Below are positions 1 to 11,745 of a DNA stretch of 64,000 nt, one piece after another (the stretch's first letter is position 1; every line of letters begins with the position of its first letter). Location of the stretch: assembly GCA_041736175.1 (NCBI GenBank), contig JBGSUI010000126.1:6863-70862 (forward strand), given 5' to 3'. Origin of the DNA: Oligoflexales bacterium. GTDB lineage: Bacteria > Bdellovibrionota_B > Oligoflexia > Oligoflexales > CAIYRB01. Made by a program: the position numbers and the translations under genes. The notes beneath the pieces were generated by a model that saw nothing but the letters and a program-made list of their open reading frames with translations, was not told where the DNA came from and made no database searches.

Positions 1-2
1 CT

Positions 3-1082
3 AGCCTGATCTTTATCGGGACTTTTTTGTATGTTTTTGAAGATTTTTTAAATGTACAGGTGGCGAGCCTTTCAACTAACCTCCGTTGGTGGATGGCTGC
101 TATCCTCCAGGGAGCCCTTGCCTTGGGAGTGGCCCTCAGCACGGGGTTTTCCCTGAGCCACCAGCGGCAGGCCCCTCGCGGCATCGAGGCGACGGCCCGG
201 TTTCTGGCAGAAGACCCCAAGACCCTGGTCGCCTTTCGCCGGGTTTGGGCGGTGTTGCAAGGGTCGACATCCTTTGGGCTAGTCGGTCTTATCAGCTCTA
301 TGTGGCTGGTGCCCTTGGATCTCAGGGGAAACATCTTGATGTTTGTCGCGATGGGTCTCTTGGCCTGGCTCAGCTATGCACTTGCTTTACGCCGTCCGGG
401 GAGACCCTCCCCACTTGCTTTACGTCGTCCGGTGAGACCTTCCCCCGTCATGGACGCAAGCCCTGTTGTTGCTATGACCCAGTTTCGGATCTTGCAGCTC
501 TTCCATGGCAAACCCCAACTCCGCTGGGGGATTCGTCTCTCCCAAGGCGCTGTAGCCCTTGCCGCTCCTGCGAGTCTAGCCCTGACCCGTCTGGGTTTTC
601 TTGCTGGTTTCGGAGGGCTTCTGGCCGGGTTGATCCTCGCCGCATGGTTTGTGGTTTTTATCGCCGAGGATCTCACTCAGACCTGGACCGAAAAAGGCAC
701 GGGAATGCACCACAACGACTATATAAAAACCCTGGAAATCTTAAGCTGGCGGCTAATCCGCTGGCCCCTAGTGGTGTCGCTCCTGCTGACATCCCTGGTC
801 ATAAGCCAGAGACTAAGCCTCTCGTCGTCCTCGACAGAGATCCTCGCTTTATTCTCTTCTATGCTGCCCGCGGCTTTGACTGGTGCCTTGGGCGTGCTGC
901 TGGTCCCTTGGGTGGTGATGCAGATCGACGGGACGAAACCAGCGATTCCCCTGATGACCGTCACCATTATGGGGCTATTTATCGGCTCGGCGATGTTAGC
1001 CCATCCTCTCGGGATCCTGTTAGTGCCCTTGATTAGGAGCTTTGCGCTTAACTACCAGCAAGGACGGTTTTACCGAAGTTAA
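3..1082 (+). CDS. Polytopic membrane protein, 5'-truncated by the window edge (possible permease)
   Basis: Frame is open from the window edge to TAA at 1080-1082; many hydrophobic segments; no catalytic motif recognised. Confidence 0.7.
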   Translation, partial: SLIFIGTFLYVFEDFLNVQVASLSTNLRWWMAAILQGALALGVALSTGFSLSHQRQAPRGIEATARFLAEDPKTLVAFRRVWAVLQGSTSFGLVGLISSMWLVPLDLRGNILMFVAMGLLAWLSYALALRRPGRPSPLALRRPVRPSPVMDASPVVAMTQFRILQLFHGKPQLRWGIRLSQGAVALAAPASLALTRLGFLAGFGGLLAGLILAAWFVVFIAEDLTQTWTEKGTGMHHNDYIKTLEILSWRLIRWPLVVSLLLTSLVISQRLSLSSSSTEILALFSSMLPAALTGALGVLLVPWVVMQIDGTKPAIPLMTVTIMGLFIGSAMLAHPLGILLVPLIRSFALNYQQGRFYRS

Positions 1083-1104
1083 GGCACTGCCATTTAAATA
1101 TAAC

Positions 1105-1968
1105 CTAGGATTTCCATAAAGGTAGCTTTAGGTATATGCGTCCATTAGACTCAGGGTCCGGTAATTCACCCGCTGCAATGTTTACCTGAACACTGGGATA
1201 AAGAAGCCGCGGGGCTGCAAGGGTAGCATCTCGAGCTTTGCGAAACTTGAGAAAATCACTCTCGTTGGTCTCAGCGGTCAGCTGAATGTTGTGCCGCTTG
1301 GACTCCCCTATGGTCGTTTCAAAGGCCAACTCCCGCCCACCAGGCTGGTAGTCATGGCCGACAAACACGCGGGTGGCGTCGGGTAGCTTGTAAAGTTTAT
1401 TTACCACGGACTGGTATAAGTGTTGGGCATCGCCCCCGGGAAAATCGCAGCGACCGGTGCCGTAGTCGGGCATAAAGAGGGCGTCCCCTGTGAAGACCGC
1501 CCTATCAAACAAGTAACTATGACAGGCGGGTGTATGACCGGGCGTGAACAAGACTTTAAATTGGAGACTTCCTGCATTAACCACTTCGTTTTCTACAAAA
1601 AGGCGGTGGAATTGGCTGCCATCGGTCTTAAAGGTGGCTGGAAAGTTGAAGATCTCTTTAAAAGTCTCCTGCACCAGAGTGATAGGTTTCCCGATCCCAA
1701 TCTGGGCCGAGGGAAGATAGTGGGTTACCAGCTCGTGGGCGCCCGAAAGATGGTCTGCGTGGGCATGGGTCTCGAGGATAAAATGCACTTTAAGGGATTT
1801 TTTCTGTAAAAAGGCGACCAAGGAGTCAATGGATTTGGTGCTTATCGTAACACTCGCTGGATCAAAGTCTAAAACAGGATCAATCACGACGGCGTCTAGA
1901 GTCTTTTGGTCATAGAGCACATAGGTCAAAGTGTAGGTTTCGGGATCGAAAAAAGCGGTGATTACCAT
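1105..1968 (-). CDS. MBL-fold metallo-hydrolase, ETHE1/persulfide dioxygenase (Blh)-like
   Basis: ETHAHADHLSG metal motif, TPGHT, FTGDALFMPDYGTGRCDFPGG, GHDY, PRLLYPSVQVNIAAG typical of this family. Confidence 0.9.
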   Translation of the reverse strand: MVITAFFDPETYTLTYVLYDQKTLDAVVIDPVLDFDPASVTISTKSIDSLVAFLQKKSLKVHFILETHAHADHLSGAHELVTHYLPSAQIGIGKPITLVQETFKEIFNFPATFKTDGSQFHRLFVENEVVNAGSLQFKVLFTPGHTPACHSYLFDRAVFTGDALFMPDYGTGRCDFPGGDAQHLYQSVVNKLYKLPDATRVFVGHDYQPGGRELAFETTIGESKRHNIQLTAETNESDFLKFRKARDATLAAPRLLYPSVQVNIAAGELPDPESNGRIYLKLPLWKS

Positions 1969-2115
1969 GGGCTTAAATCCTAGTAAAAAATCGTGATTTT
2001 CTAAAAATCTCGAAAAGGAAACTCCACGATAAGTATGCCGCCCATTAGCGGCATCAATAAAGGATCTAGGTCCAAAGAGCTACCTCTTTAGTGACTCTAC
2101 AAACCTACCTTACTT

Positions 2116-2604
2116 TTAAAGGAGATGGGACGGATTTCTTACATTGATCAGAAAACGACAGCGGGTTTCTGGCTGGGGTACAACAGGCCGGGTACAGGTG
2201 ACATCATCAGCCAAGACTCCGATGATATCGGGTTCTCCCGTAAAAAAGAGTCCTCCTGCATCGAGTAAGATTTGGTAGAGGCTTGCGGCGTCCTTCATGC
2301 TAGGAGTCAAGACCTCCTGGGTTTCAAGGATAACAGAGCATTCTGGGTGTCTGCGAGGGCCGATGGCTCGTTGGCAGGTTATGGTTTGGGCTTTGATGTT
2401 TTTGGCACCTAGGAGTCGATCAGTATCCAGGACTCCAGAGTTTTCCATGGCATCCAAGAGTTGATTGGCTGCGGGTCCACTCAAGTTGACAAGCCCTGAT
2501 CTTGGGTGGGAATGGGTGGGAGTGGAGGTGCTCTTTCCGCTGGATGAGTCACAACCGGTCAGAACCCCAAACACTAACATTAAAGGTAGATAAGCGTTTC
2601 GCAT
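2116..2604 (-). CDS. Hypothetical lipoprotein
   Basis: Signal peptide with lipobox VLTGC, Ser-rich linker, four further Cys; GGAG upstream of the start. Confidence 0.75.
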   Translation of the reverse strand: MRNAYLPLMLVFGVLTGCDSSSGKSTSTPTHSHPRSGLVNLSGPAANQLLDAMENSGVLDTDRLLGAKNIKAQTITCQRAIGPRRHPECSVILETQEVLTPSMKDAASLYQILLDAGGLFFTGEPDIIGVLADDVTCTRPVVPQPETRCRFLINVRNPSHLL

Positions 2605-2720
2605 ATTAGGTCTCCAAGTGAATTTAAAGCTTTTAAAAAATAACGGACTGCTGAAAGCGATAGCCCCTTATAGCTGATCTCCAGTCAAGAGTGTTAGACC
2701 TGGCCGGCCAGTTAACACAT

Positions 2721-3701
2721 TTAGGTGCGCTGGAGGCCGGGTATCAGGGATTTTATTCCTAGGAGTGCAAAGGGTAAGAATCCCTGTGTCTCTTTATCCA
2801 CCGTCTGACCAAGGGGGCCAAAGAGTTGCCACTCAGTTCTTCTGGTACCAGCTTCCACAAAGATGTGCCATGGAATGCCTATTTTTTGTTGCAATCCAAC
2901 GAAAAACGAATTTGTCTCATAGAGCTCAAGGGGCCGAGGTGGTCCCTCAAGGGCAGCCAGTGGCCTACGATAGTGGTGATCGACTTGAGCCCCTAAATAG
3001 ATTTTTGGGACATGGGCACGGTATTGAAACCCAACAATCATATGTTTTGGAAAAAGCAGGTCGAGATCGATGCCGGTCTTAGAGAGGAGCCGGTAGCCAA
3101 GGGCCAACTGATGCTTAATGATCCCCAAACGACTCCATCCATTCACTTCGGCGACGAGAAACCCGTCAGGTCTTCCCATGCTGCTAGTCACGGAATTATC
3201 GAGACCTCTGAGGTTTAAGTCGCGAAGTCCCCACTGGAGGCGGAGTTGGCCTTTAACGAGAGGATTTTGAAAGTTGGTGTTTTGGGTTGAATCGGTGCCA
3301 GCGGTTTCACCTGGAGCGACCCAAGTTTGAGTTCCATCAAGGCGTAACGAAGCGGGGGGGATTCCTTCGCCCACATAGGGGGTTAGGGTGACTCCAAGGA
3401 GCCCCTCGCCTTGGGTGCCGGATTCTAGGATGCCTTCACCATGGAGAAGGATTGCTGCCCTGAGGGGCATCTCCATGGTCAGGGGGTGATTCGCCTTAAG
3501 GTGAATCCGGTTCCCGGGCATGGTTACGTTGTCGGGGGATTCGGGATCGGCAGTGGGATTTTTGAAGCGGGTGATACTTAATGAAGTGCCGGGACTGGGT
3601 GGTGGGGTAATCCCCGCTGGTTCCGCTGCGTCCCCCCTGGTTCCTCCGGCTCCCATGACATTTGTAGCGCCAAGGGTACTTAATAATATTAATACTATCA
3701 T
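2721..3701 (-). CDS. Hypothetical exported protein, probable outer-membrane beta-barrel
   Basis: N-terminal signal peptide, Pro-rich linker, alternating amphipathic strand-like segments. Confidence 0.55.
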   Translation of the reverse strand: MIVLILLSTLGATNVMGAGGTRGDAAEPAGITPPPSPGTSLSITRFKNPTADPESPDNVTMPGNRIHLKANHPLTMEMPLRAAILLHGEGILESGTQGEGLLGVTLTPYVGEGIPPASLRLDGTQTWVAPGETAGTDSTQNTNFQNPLVKGQLRLQWGLRDLNLRGLDNSVTSSMGRPDGFLVAEVNGWSRLGIIKHQLALGYRLLSKTGIDLDLLFPKHMIVGFQYRAHVPKIYLGAQVDHHYRRPLAALEGPPRPLELYETNSFFVGLQQKIGIPWHIFVEAGTRRTEWQLFGPLGQTVDKETQGFLPFALLGIKSLIPGLQRT

Positions 3702-3893
3702 GGAGTTAATAGAATGTTCTCCGGTTTTAAAAAGGAAGGCCGTAGCGGATGGGGGTGCTCTTAGGATCAGTATGGCCCCATAAAAATCTTACCAGAAGTC
3801 TCGAGTAATTTGACGGCAGCCGCTATCCAAAATATATAGGGTTCGTCGGTGTTGTGGGGTCGAGGGGGCTCAAAACATTTGGAGAAAAGTTTG

Positions 3894-4706
3894 ATGATCG
3901 ATATCCAGTCTTCAGAGAGTTTGTCGTCCTTTGCGATCGATCGCGTGGGGGTCACAGGTCTTAAATATCCATTTATTTTTAGGGATATCGAAACGGGAAT
4001 CGAACAACCGACCGTGGGTGCATGGACGATTTCGGTCGCTCTTCCCCAAGAGCGTCGCGGGACCCATATGTCCCGACTGATCGAAAGACTTCACGAGCAG
4101 TCGCAACAGGCTTGGACCTTGGACCTTCTCTACCAATGGGCAGAGACTTTGGCGGCTCCTTTAGATGCACAACTTGTAGATATAAAAGTTGAATTTACTG
4201 TTTTTAGAACCGTCTATGCGCCCCAGTCGCAAAAACCCTCCTTTCTTGAGCACCCTATGGTGTTTCAGGTCCAAACCGGGCCTAAACCCCAAAAGATCAT
4301 GATCGTCGATACCTTTGTAAAAACCCTATGTCCCTGCTCTAAAGCGATCTCTGAACGGGGTGCTCACAATCAAAGAAGTCTCATTAGAGCCCACCTCCTC
4401 TATCCAGTGGATTCCCAGGAGGTTTCCTTCCACGCGCTCGCGCAGCTCGTGGAGTCCTGTGCTAGCTCTCCTGTTTATCCGATCCTAAAAAGGGCTGACG
4501 AAAAATACGTTACTGAACAGGCCTACGATCATCCTGGTTTTGTGGAAGACGTGGTTCGTTCGGTGGCACAAAAAGTCGTTGGCTTAGAGGGTTTAAAGGG
4601 TTTCACCATCGAAGTCACAAACTATGAATCCATCCATGCCCATGACTGTTTTGCGAGGGTAACCTGGCAATCCCCTCGTCATCCAGACGTGAACGTGTCA
4701 GGATAG
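3894..4706 (+). CDS. folE2: GTP cyclohydrolase I, FolE2 (type IB)
   Basis: IDRVGV, RGTHMSR, TLCPCSKAISERGAHNQRS, FVEDVVR, NYESIHAHD motifs; GGAG at 3881-3884 supports a start at 3891/3894. Confidence 0.95.
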   Translation: MIDIQSSESLSSFAIDRVGVTGLKYPFIFRDIETGIEQPTVGAWTISVALPQERRGTHMSRLIERLHEQSQQAWTLDLLYQWAETLAAPLDAQLVDIKVEFTVFRTVYAPQSQKPSFLEHPMVFQVQTGPKPQKIMIVDTFVKTLCPCSKAISERGAHNQRSLIRAHLLYPVDSQEVSFHALAQLVESCASSPVYPILKRADEKYVTEQAYDHPGFVEDVVRSVAQKVVGLEGLKGFTIEVTNYESIHAHDCFARVTWQSPRHPDVNVSG

Positions 4707-4767
4707 GGGAGAGCTTGAGGGATTCGTTCAATAGAATATGTTTAGAAGGTGGGCCCAAGGGAGGTGA

Positions 4768-5430
4768 GTGATGAAACGGATTGGTCTCGTGTTGAGTGGG
4801 TCGGGGTTTTTAGATGGTTCTGAAATCCAAGAGACGGTGCTGACGCTTCTGTGTCTCGCCCGCGCTGCCCAGCCGGTGGAGGTTTTGGCCTATGCTCCCG
4901 ATTGCAGTCAGTTTGATGTGGTAAACCATCTCAGTAGTAAGGCGCAGGACCAATCTCGAAACGTTCTGCAGGAATCAGCTCGCATCGTCCGGGGAAAGAT
5001 CGAGCCCCTTACGGCAGCAGGGGCAGCTCGTCTCGATGGATTGATCATCCCGGGGGGTTACGGAGCGGCAAAGAATCTATGTTCCTTTGCCAAAGATGGT
5101 GCCAATATGCAGGTTTATCCTGACTTGGCAAAACTCCTTAAAGGGATGAACCAAGACCACAAACCTCTCGGAGCCATCTGTATCGCGCCTGTGATCTTTG
5201 GAAAGATTTTTGGACACCAGAAACCCAGGCTTACCGTGGGTTTTGATCGGGAAGTTGGCATGATCTTGGAGGGGTGGGGAGCCACCGTCATCAAAAAAGA
5301 TGTGGATGATATCGTCGTCGACGAAGTAAATCGATTGGTAACAACTCCGGCATTTATGTTGGACCGGAGTTTAGACCTTATGGAAAAGGGTATTGCAAAG
5401 CTCGTTCATGAGATTTTGCGCATTGCTTAA
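4768..5430 (+). CDS. elbB: ElbB/DJ-1 family glyoxalase (isoprenoid biosynthesis protein ElbB)
   Basis: LSGSGFLDGSEIQE, ESARIVRG, PGGYGAAKNL, ICIAP, VTTPAFM. Confidence 0.93.
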   Translation: MMKRIGLVLSGSGFLDGSEIQETVLTLLCLARAAQPVEVLAYAPDCSQFDVVNHLSSKAQDQSRNVLQESARIVRGKIEPLTAAGAARLDGLIIPGGYGAAKNLCSFAKDGANMQVYPDLAKLLKGMNQDHKPLGAICIAPVIFGKIFGHQKPRLTVGFDREVGMILEGWGATVIKKDVDDIVVDEVNRLVTTPAFMLDRSLDLMEKGIAKLVHEILRIA

Positions 5431-5444
5431 AAGGTGGTTTTAAG

Positions 5445-7196
5445 ATGAAGATTGAGTTTGATGAGAAGGCACAGAAATCAGCTAGGTTCGCTTATTTTTC
5501 CATGGAAGTAGCCCTCGATAACGAACTTCCGACCTATTCGGGCGGATTGGGGGTTTTGGCAGGAGATACTTTGCGGGCTGCAGCGGATATGGCGATGCCA
5601 GTCTGTGCGGTCACCCTTCTCTATAGGCAAGGGTACTTTAAGCAGAGTCTAGGTCCAAAGGGTCATCAGGCAGAACATGCGGTGGAGTGGCGACCGGAGG
5701 ATGCCCTTGAGCTCCTCCCCTATACGGCAGCGATCACTATCGAAGGTAAGCCAGTCCACCTGCGGGCCTATCGCTATATCATCAAGGGGGCCAAGGGACA
5801 TAAGGTTCCTGTTTATTTTCTTGATACGGCGCTATCGTCCAATAGTCCAGAGCATCAAAAACTCTCTGGCCAGCTCTATGGGGGCGACGAACATTACCGC
5901 CTTTGTCAGGAAGCGCTCTTGGGACAGGGTGGGATTGCCATGCTGGAGGCTCTAGGTCTGCCACCCCAAAAAAATCTAGACGATCACAAAGGCCCTGGGA
6001 TTGAAGTCTTCCACATGAACGAAGGTCATGCAGCACTGCTCACCATGGCGCTTTTGGAAAAGGCCCCTAAAGGAGTGCAAGGGGAGCTGTGGGTTAAGGC
6101 TCGATGTGTTTTCACCACCCATACACCTGTGCCTGCTGGTCATGACACGTTTCCAGTAGCTCTTGCGGAAAAAGTCCTGGGTAAAGGGCTTACCAAACAG
6201 TTGATTGATCTCAAGGTTTGCCCCCATGACCGGTTGAATATGAGCGAACTTGCGATTCATTTTTCTCGCTTTGTAAACGGAGTGGCAAAGCGCCATGCTG
6301 AGGTTTCTCGGAAAATGTTTCCGGGTGTGGCCATCGAGGCGATCACGAACGGCGTCCATGCGGTATCTTGGACGGCAGATGCCATTCGCGAGCTTTTTGA
6401 TAAATGGTGCAATGGCTGGCGGGAGGACAACAACTACCTCCGCTATGCATGCGAGATACCCCTTGTGGATGTCTTCGAAGCCCATAAAGTCGCAAAGGGG
6501 GCTCTTCTCGCCGAAGTGGCTAAGCGGACCGGTGTCGTCCTAAGTCCCAATGTGTTTACCATCGGCTTTGCCCGGCGAGCTGCGGAATATAAGCGGGCTG
6601 ACCTCCTGTTTCACGATATCGCCGCTCTGGCCAATATTGGCCGTAAGCATCCCCTTCAGATTGTTTTTGCTGGTAAGGCTCATCCTAAAGACCAAGGTGG
6701 CAAAAAGCTGATTGAGCGGGTCTTTGCAGGCGCCGAGTTGCTTAAGGAACATGGCATCAAGGCGGTGTATGTAGAAAATTACGATATGAATTTTGGTCGC
6801 TTGATCACCTCAGGCGCAGATGTATGGCTTAACAACCCAGTGAAGCCCCTGGAAGCTTCGGGTACCAGCGGAATGAAATCTGCAATCAACGGTGTCCCTA
6901 GTCTGTCGACTCTTGATGGCTGGTGGGTTGAGGGTTGTGTGGAAAATCTAGTGGGATGGGAGATCAAAGACCCTGCTGATGCCTTTGGGGCCGCTAAAGA
7001 TGACGGAGTCCATCGGGATATCGCGGCTCAATCCCTCTATGAGCTTCTGGACCAGTTGATCGTCCCTGGATTTTACAACGACCCCCTTTGGTATGCGGGG
7101 ATCATGCGTCATGCTATGGCACTTAATGGGCCCTACTTCAATACCCATAGGATGGTCCTTCAATACCTCGTACAGGCCTATACCCGAAGAGTCTAG
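5445..7196 (+). CDS. glgP: Alpha-glucan (glycogen/maltodextrin) phosphorylase
   Basis: YFSME, YSGGLGVLAGD, HMNEGH, FTTHTPVPAGHD, FARRAAEYKR, EASGTSGMK PLP-lysine motif. Confidence 0.95.
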   Translation: MKIEFDEKAQKSARFAYFSMEVALDNELPTYSGGLGVLAGDTLRAAADMAMPVCAVTLLYRQGYFKQSLGPKGHQAEHAVEWRPEDALELLPYTAAITIEGKPVHLRAYRYIIKGAKGHKVPVYFLDTALSSNSPEHQKLSGQLYGGDEHYRLCQEALLGQGGIAMLEALGLPPQKNLDDHKGPGIEVFHMNEGHAALLTMALLEKAPKGVQGELWVKARCVFTTHTPVPAGHDTFPVALAEKVLGKGLTKQLIDLKVCPHDRLNMSELAIHFSRFVNGVAKRHAEVSRKMFPGVAIEAITNGVHAVSWTADAIRELFDKWCNGWREDNNYLRYACEIPLVDVFEAHKVAKGALLAEVAKRTGVVLSPNVFTIGFARRAAEYKRADLLFHDIAALANIGRKHPLQIVFAGKAHPKDQGGKKLIERVFAGAELLKEHGIKAVYVENYDMNFGRLITSGADVWLNNPVKPLEASGTSGMKSAINGVPSLSTLDGWWVEGCVENLVGWEIKDPADAFGAAKDDGVHRDIAAQSLYELLDQLIVPGFYNDPLWYAGIMRHAMALNGPYFNTHRMVLQYLVQAYTRRV

Positions 7197-7285
7197 AGCC
7201 GCTCGAAGTACCTAAAAGATTACGAAAAAATGCCGGCTCGAGGCGAGCCGGCAAATTTTTAGGCTTGTGCTGAAGTTCTAAAGCT

Positions 7286-7480
7286 TTATGCCTTTTTAGA
7301 ACGGGAACCGGCCTTTTTCTTGCGCTTTTTCTTTTTGGTCGGTGCAGCACTGCCAGCACTAGCGGTCGCTGCTTTCTTTGCTTTCTTCTTCGCCTTTTTA
7401 GCCTTCTTCGCCCCTTTTTTCTTCTTAGCTGCAGCGGGCGCCTTCTTCTTTACAGCTTTTTTCTTTTTCTTTTTAACCAA
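7286..7480 (-). CDS. Small Lys/Ala-rich histone-H1-like basic protein
   Basis: 64 aa, 31 Lys + 2 Arg, no acidic residue; TTG start with strong GGGAGGAG RBS. Confidence 0.75.
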   Translation of the reverse strand: MVKKKKKKAVKKKAPAAAKKKKGAKKAKKAKKKAKKAATASAGSAAPTKKKKRKKKAGSRSKKA

Positions 7481-7510
7481 GGTTTTTCTCCTCCCTACAC
7501 GTTAACAAAA

Positions 7511-7527
7511 TCCCTAAAATTTAGGGA
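7511..7527. promoter_or_regulatory. 17-bp palindrome upstream of the basic-protein gene (candidate operator or hairpin)
   Basis: TCCCTAAA-A-TTTAGGGA. Confidence 0.35.
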
Positions 7528-8049
7528 ATAGAAACCAAAATCGTCGGAACCCTCTACTCCTCATCGAACCCACCTTACCTCCTCGTCACCAACTACTTGC
7601 TCTCAGGATTTGTTTTTAGAAAAGTGGTCACGAGAAAGCCTGCTCTTTAGATGTTATCATGAAGTCACTCAATGATGTAAATCTTTGCCCAATTAAAAAT
7701 GACCTTAGAAACACTTTTTTGATCTCTTGGCCCATTCGCATCACACCAAGATCTCTTCCATCACACCAACCTCACTCCGTATCGGCAGGTCAAAAAAATA
7801 ATTTAGAGACTCTTTGAGAAAAATTGAAGTCGGCAAAAAAAATCTCCAAGTCACCATGCCCATGCAATCGCTGCTCCAACGGTGCCCCACACTTCCAATT
7901 GGGATGGAGGCTAATTAAATCTATAAACTTGGTAAAAGGCAAGGAAAGTTTATTCATTCCAGTGAAAAGGTTTTCATTGGGACGTAGGATGGAGTCGCGA
8001 AAAAAGAAGATTTCGGCTACACAACAAACGTCAAACAACGGTTTTAGAC

Positions 8050-8393
8050 TTATTTTAGGCACCCTGCATGGATAAAGATCCTCTCGAGGTTATGTTCTTG
8101 GTTGTCTGTCGTTAGGCCCACCCGGAATAAATCCTGCTTGCCAAAATCTCTTTTCACCCAGGCTACAGTCAACGGGATGACCAAGAGATCGCCATTGATC
8201 GTGCATTCAAGCGTTGCTTCGGTGCCTTCCTGGACCGCTTCGGGTATTAAAATTCCGAGCCCATGCTCTGAAATATCAACGGGGCGACAGGATATATTTG
8301 ATCTGAAACCCTCAATCCTGAGTCGGCCTGGTAAAAGTCCCGTGAGTCGTTGCCTCTGGGCTAGCCTTTTTTCTTTAAACATTGGTAGTGACA
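8050..8393 (-). CDS. Single-domain PilZ protein (c-di-GMP receptor)
   Basis: RLAQR (RxxxR) and DISEHG (DxSxxG) motifs; likely start MSLPMFKEKR at 8393. Confidence 0.85.
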
Positions 8394-8726
8394 TTTTGGT
8401 TGTACCTCCTAAAATCGGTATGTCCCTTAAGTGACTGAATGGGACTGGTCTTCGACATAAAAACAAGAATTTGTTGCGAGACCGATACCTGTGTTTTCTT
8501 CATTAACCATATTCCTCCATCGGCAGACATGATGAAAAACTTAGGAATGCTTAAATTTATATTAATAATAGATAGATAGACTGTGCTTAAAAAGCCGATT
8601 CCAGGACCCAAATGCTCAAAAGTTAAGGTTTGAAGGGTTTACGGCTAAAAAAAAGTGGTTTATGGACGACCTCTTCACCACCCAGCTCGATACCCCGTAA
8701 ACCCTATGGCATAATAGCTATGGGAG

Positions 8727-9584
8727 GTGGTACCTATGATTGCAATTTTTCCAGAGACTTTGACCTTTGCTGAAAAAGGTATGATCGAACATCTTGCTGT
8801 GTCAGCAAGGCGTTATTTTGAAAGGCTTAGATCTCCCCTTTTGGATCTTGATGGGCTCCTCAGAAATATGGGGATCGCTGTAGAAGTCACTGGCATCGAT
8901 GGCTTTGGTGCGCTCCTCGCCCAAGACCGGCAGGGCCGCTTTACCATAACGATGGTGCTCGAAAAAAAATCAGATGGTTTTAGCCAAAAATTTATCAAAG
9001 CCCACCTCCTGGGGCATTACCTGCTTCATCTACAGCCCATGATAGCCAGAGGAGAGTTAGGATCCTATGGGTTTAAGGAACTTGATTGCCCTCTACAGCG
9101 CTACTCTGTGGGGGGACGAGACGGTGGGATGGGTATGGAGGCTGATCTTGAACGGGTGCGGGAGGAGCAGTGTGATCAATTCGCCGGTGCTCTCTTGATT
9201 CCAAAGGGCATGTTGCAAAAAGCTTGGGGGGCGCTCCAAGATGTTGAAAAAGTTGCAGACTTTTTTGGTGTTACAAAAACTTGTTTACAGAGACGCATGG
9301 TCGACGTAGGGCTTGTCGTCAAAGGGCCTCAGAGTTTTCTGGAGGCCGAAAAAGCGCTTCGCAGAGAGTCTATTGAAAGGCATCCTCATCCCTCGGAGAT
9401 AAAACCGAGTGAGTTTCAACTCACTGCACCTAAAACTCCCCCACTGATCCCCCCATCGTACAGCTCCTCAACAGCTTCGCCATCAGTCCCAAGAAAATCC
9501 GAAGCCCTCCCCTTAAAGAACTCCCCTGGTGGCATGTCCCGACTTCGGGAAATTGCCAAAATGCTTGACAAAAGCCGCGGTTAG
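8727..9584 (+). CDS. ImmA/IrrE (Peptidase M78)-like protein with a degenerate HExxH motif
   Basis: KFIKAHLLGHYLLH and EEQCDQFAGALLIP, followed by HTH-like VADFFGVTKTCLQRR; GGAGG RBS. Confidence 0.8.
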   Translation: MVPMIAIFPETLTFAEKGMIEHLAVSARRYFERLRSPLLDLDGLLRNMGIAVEVTGIDGFGALLAQDRQGRFTITMVLEKKSDGFSQKFIKAHLLGHYLLHLQPMIARGELGSYGFKELDCPLQRYSVGGRDGGMGMEADLERVREEQCDQFAGALLIPKGMLQKAWGALQDVEKVADFFGVTKTCLQRRMVDVGLVVKGPQSFLEAEKALRRESIERHPHPSEIKPSEFQLTAPKTPPLIPPSYSSSTASPSVPRKSEALPLKNSPGGMSRLREIAKMLDKSRG

Positions 9585-9659
9585 AACCACCTTTAGGCAC
9601 CGTCCCAAGGACGATCCTAATAACTCTTCTTATAGACATACGAGAAGTGGAGGTGGTGA

Positions 9660-11735
<2,076 letters not shown>

Positions 11736-11745
11736 GTGGAAATGA

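Noticed and set aside
86-1036. 316-aa alternative-frame ORF and the many other long shadow ORFs (e.g. 26870-27682, 38690-39232, 62928-63584)
   Set aside because: They overlap motif-supported genes in another frame or strand and have no recognisable protein features
7790-8075. ORFs 7790-8062 (-) and 7824-8075 (+)
   Set aside because: No motif, no clear RBS, mutually overlapping; likely intergenic noise
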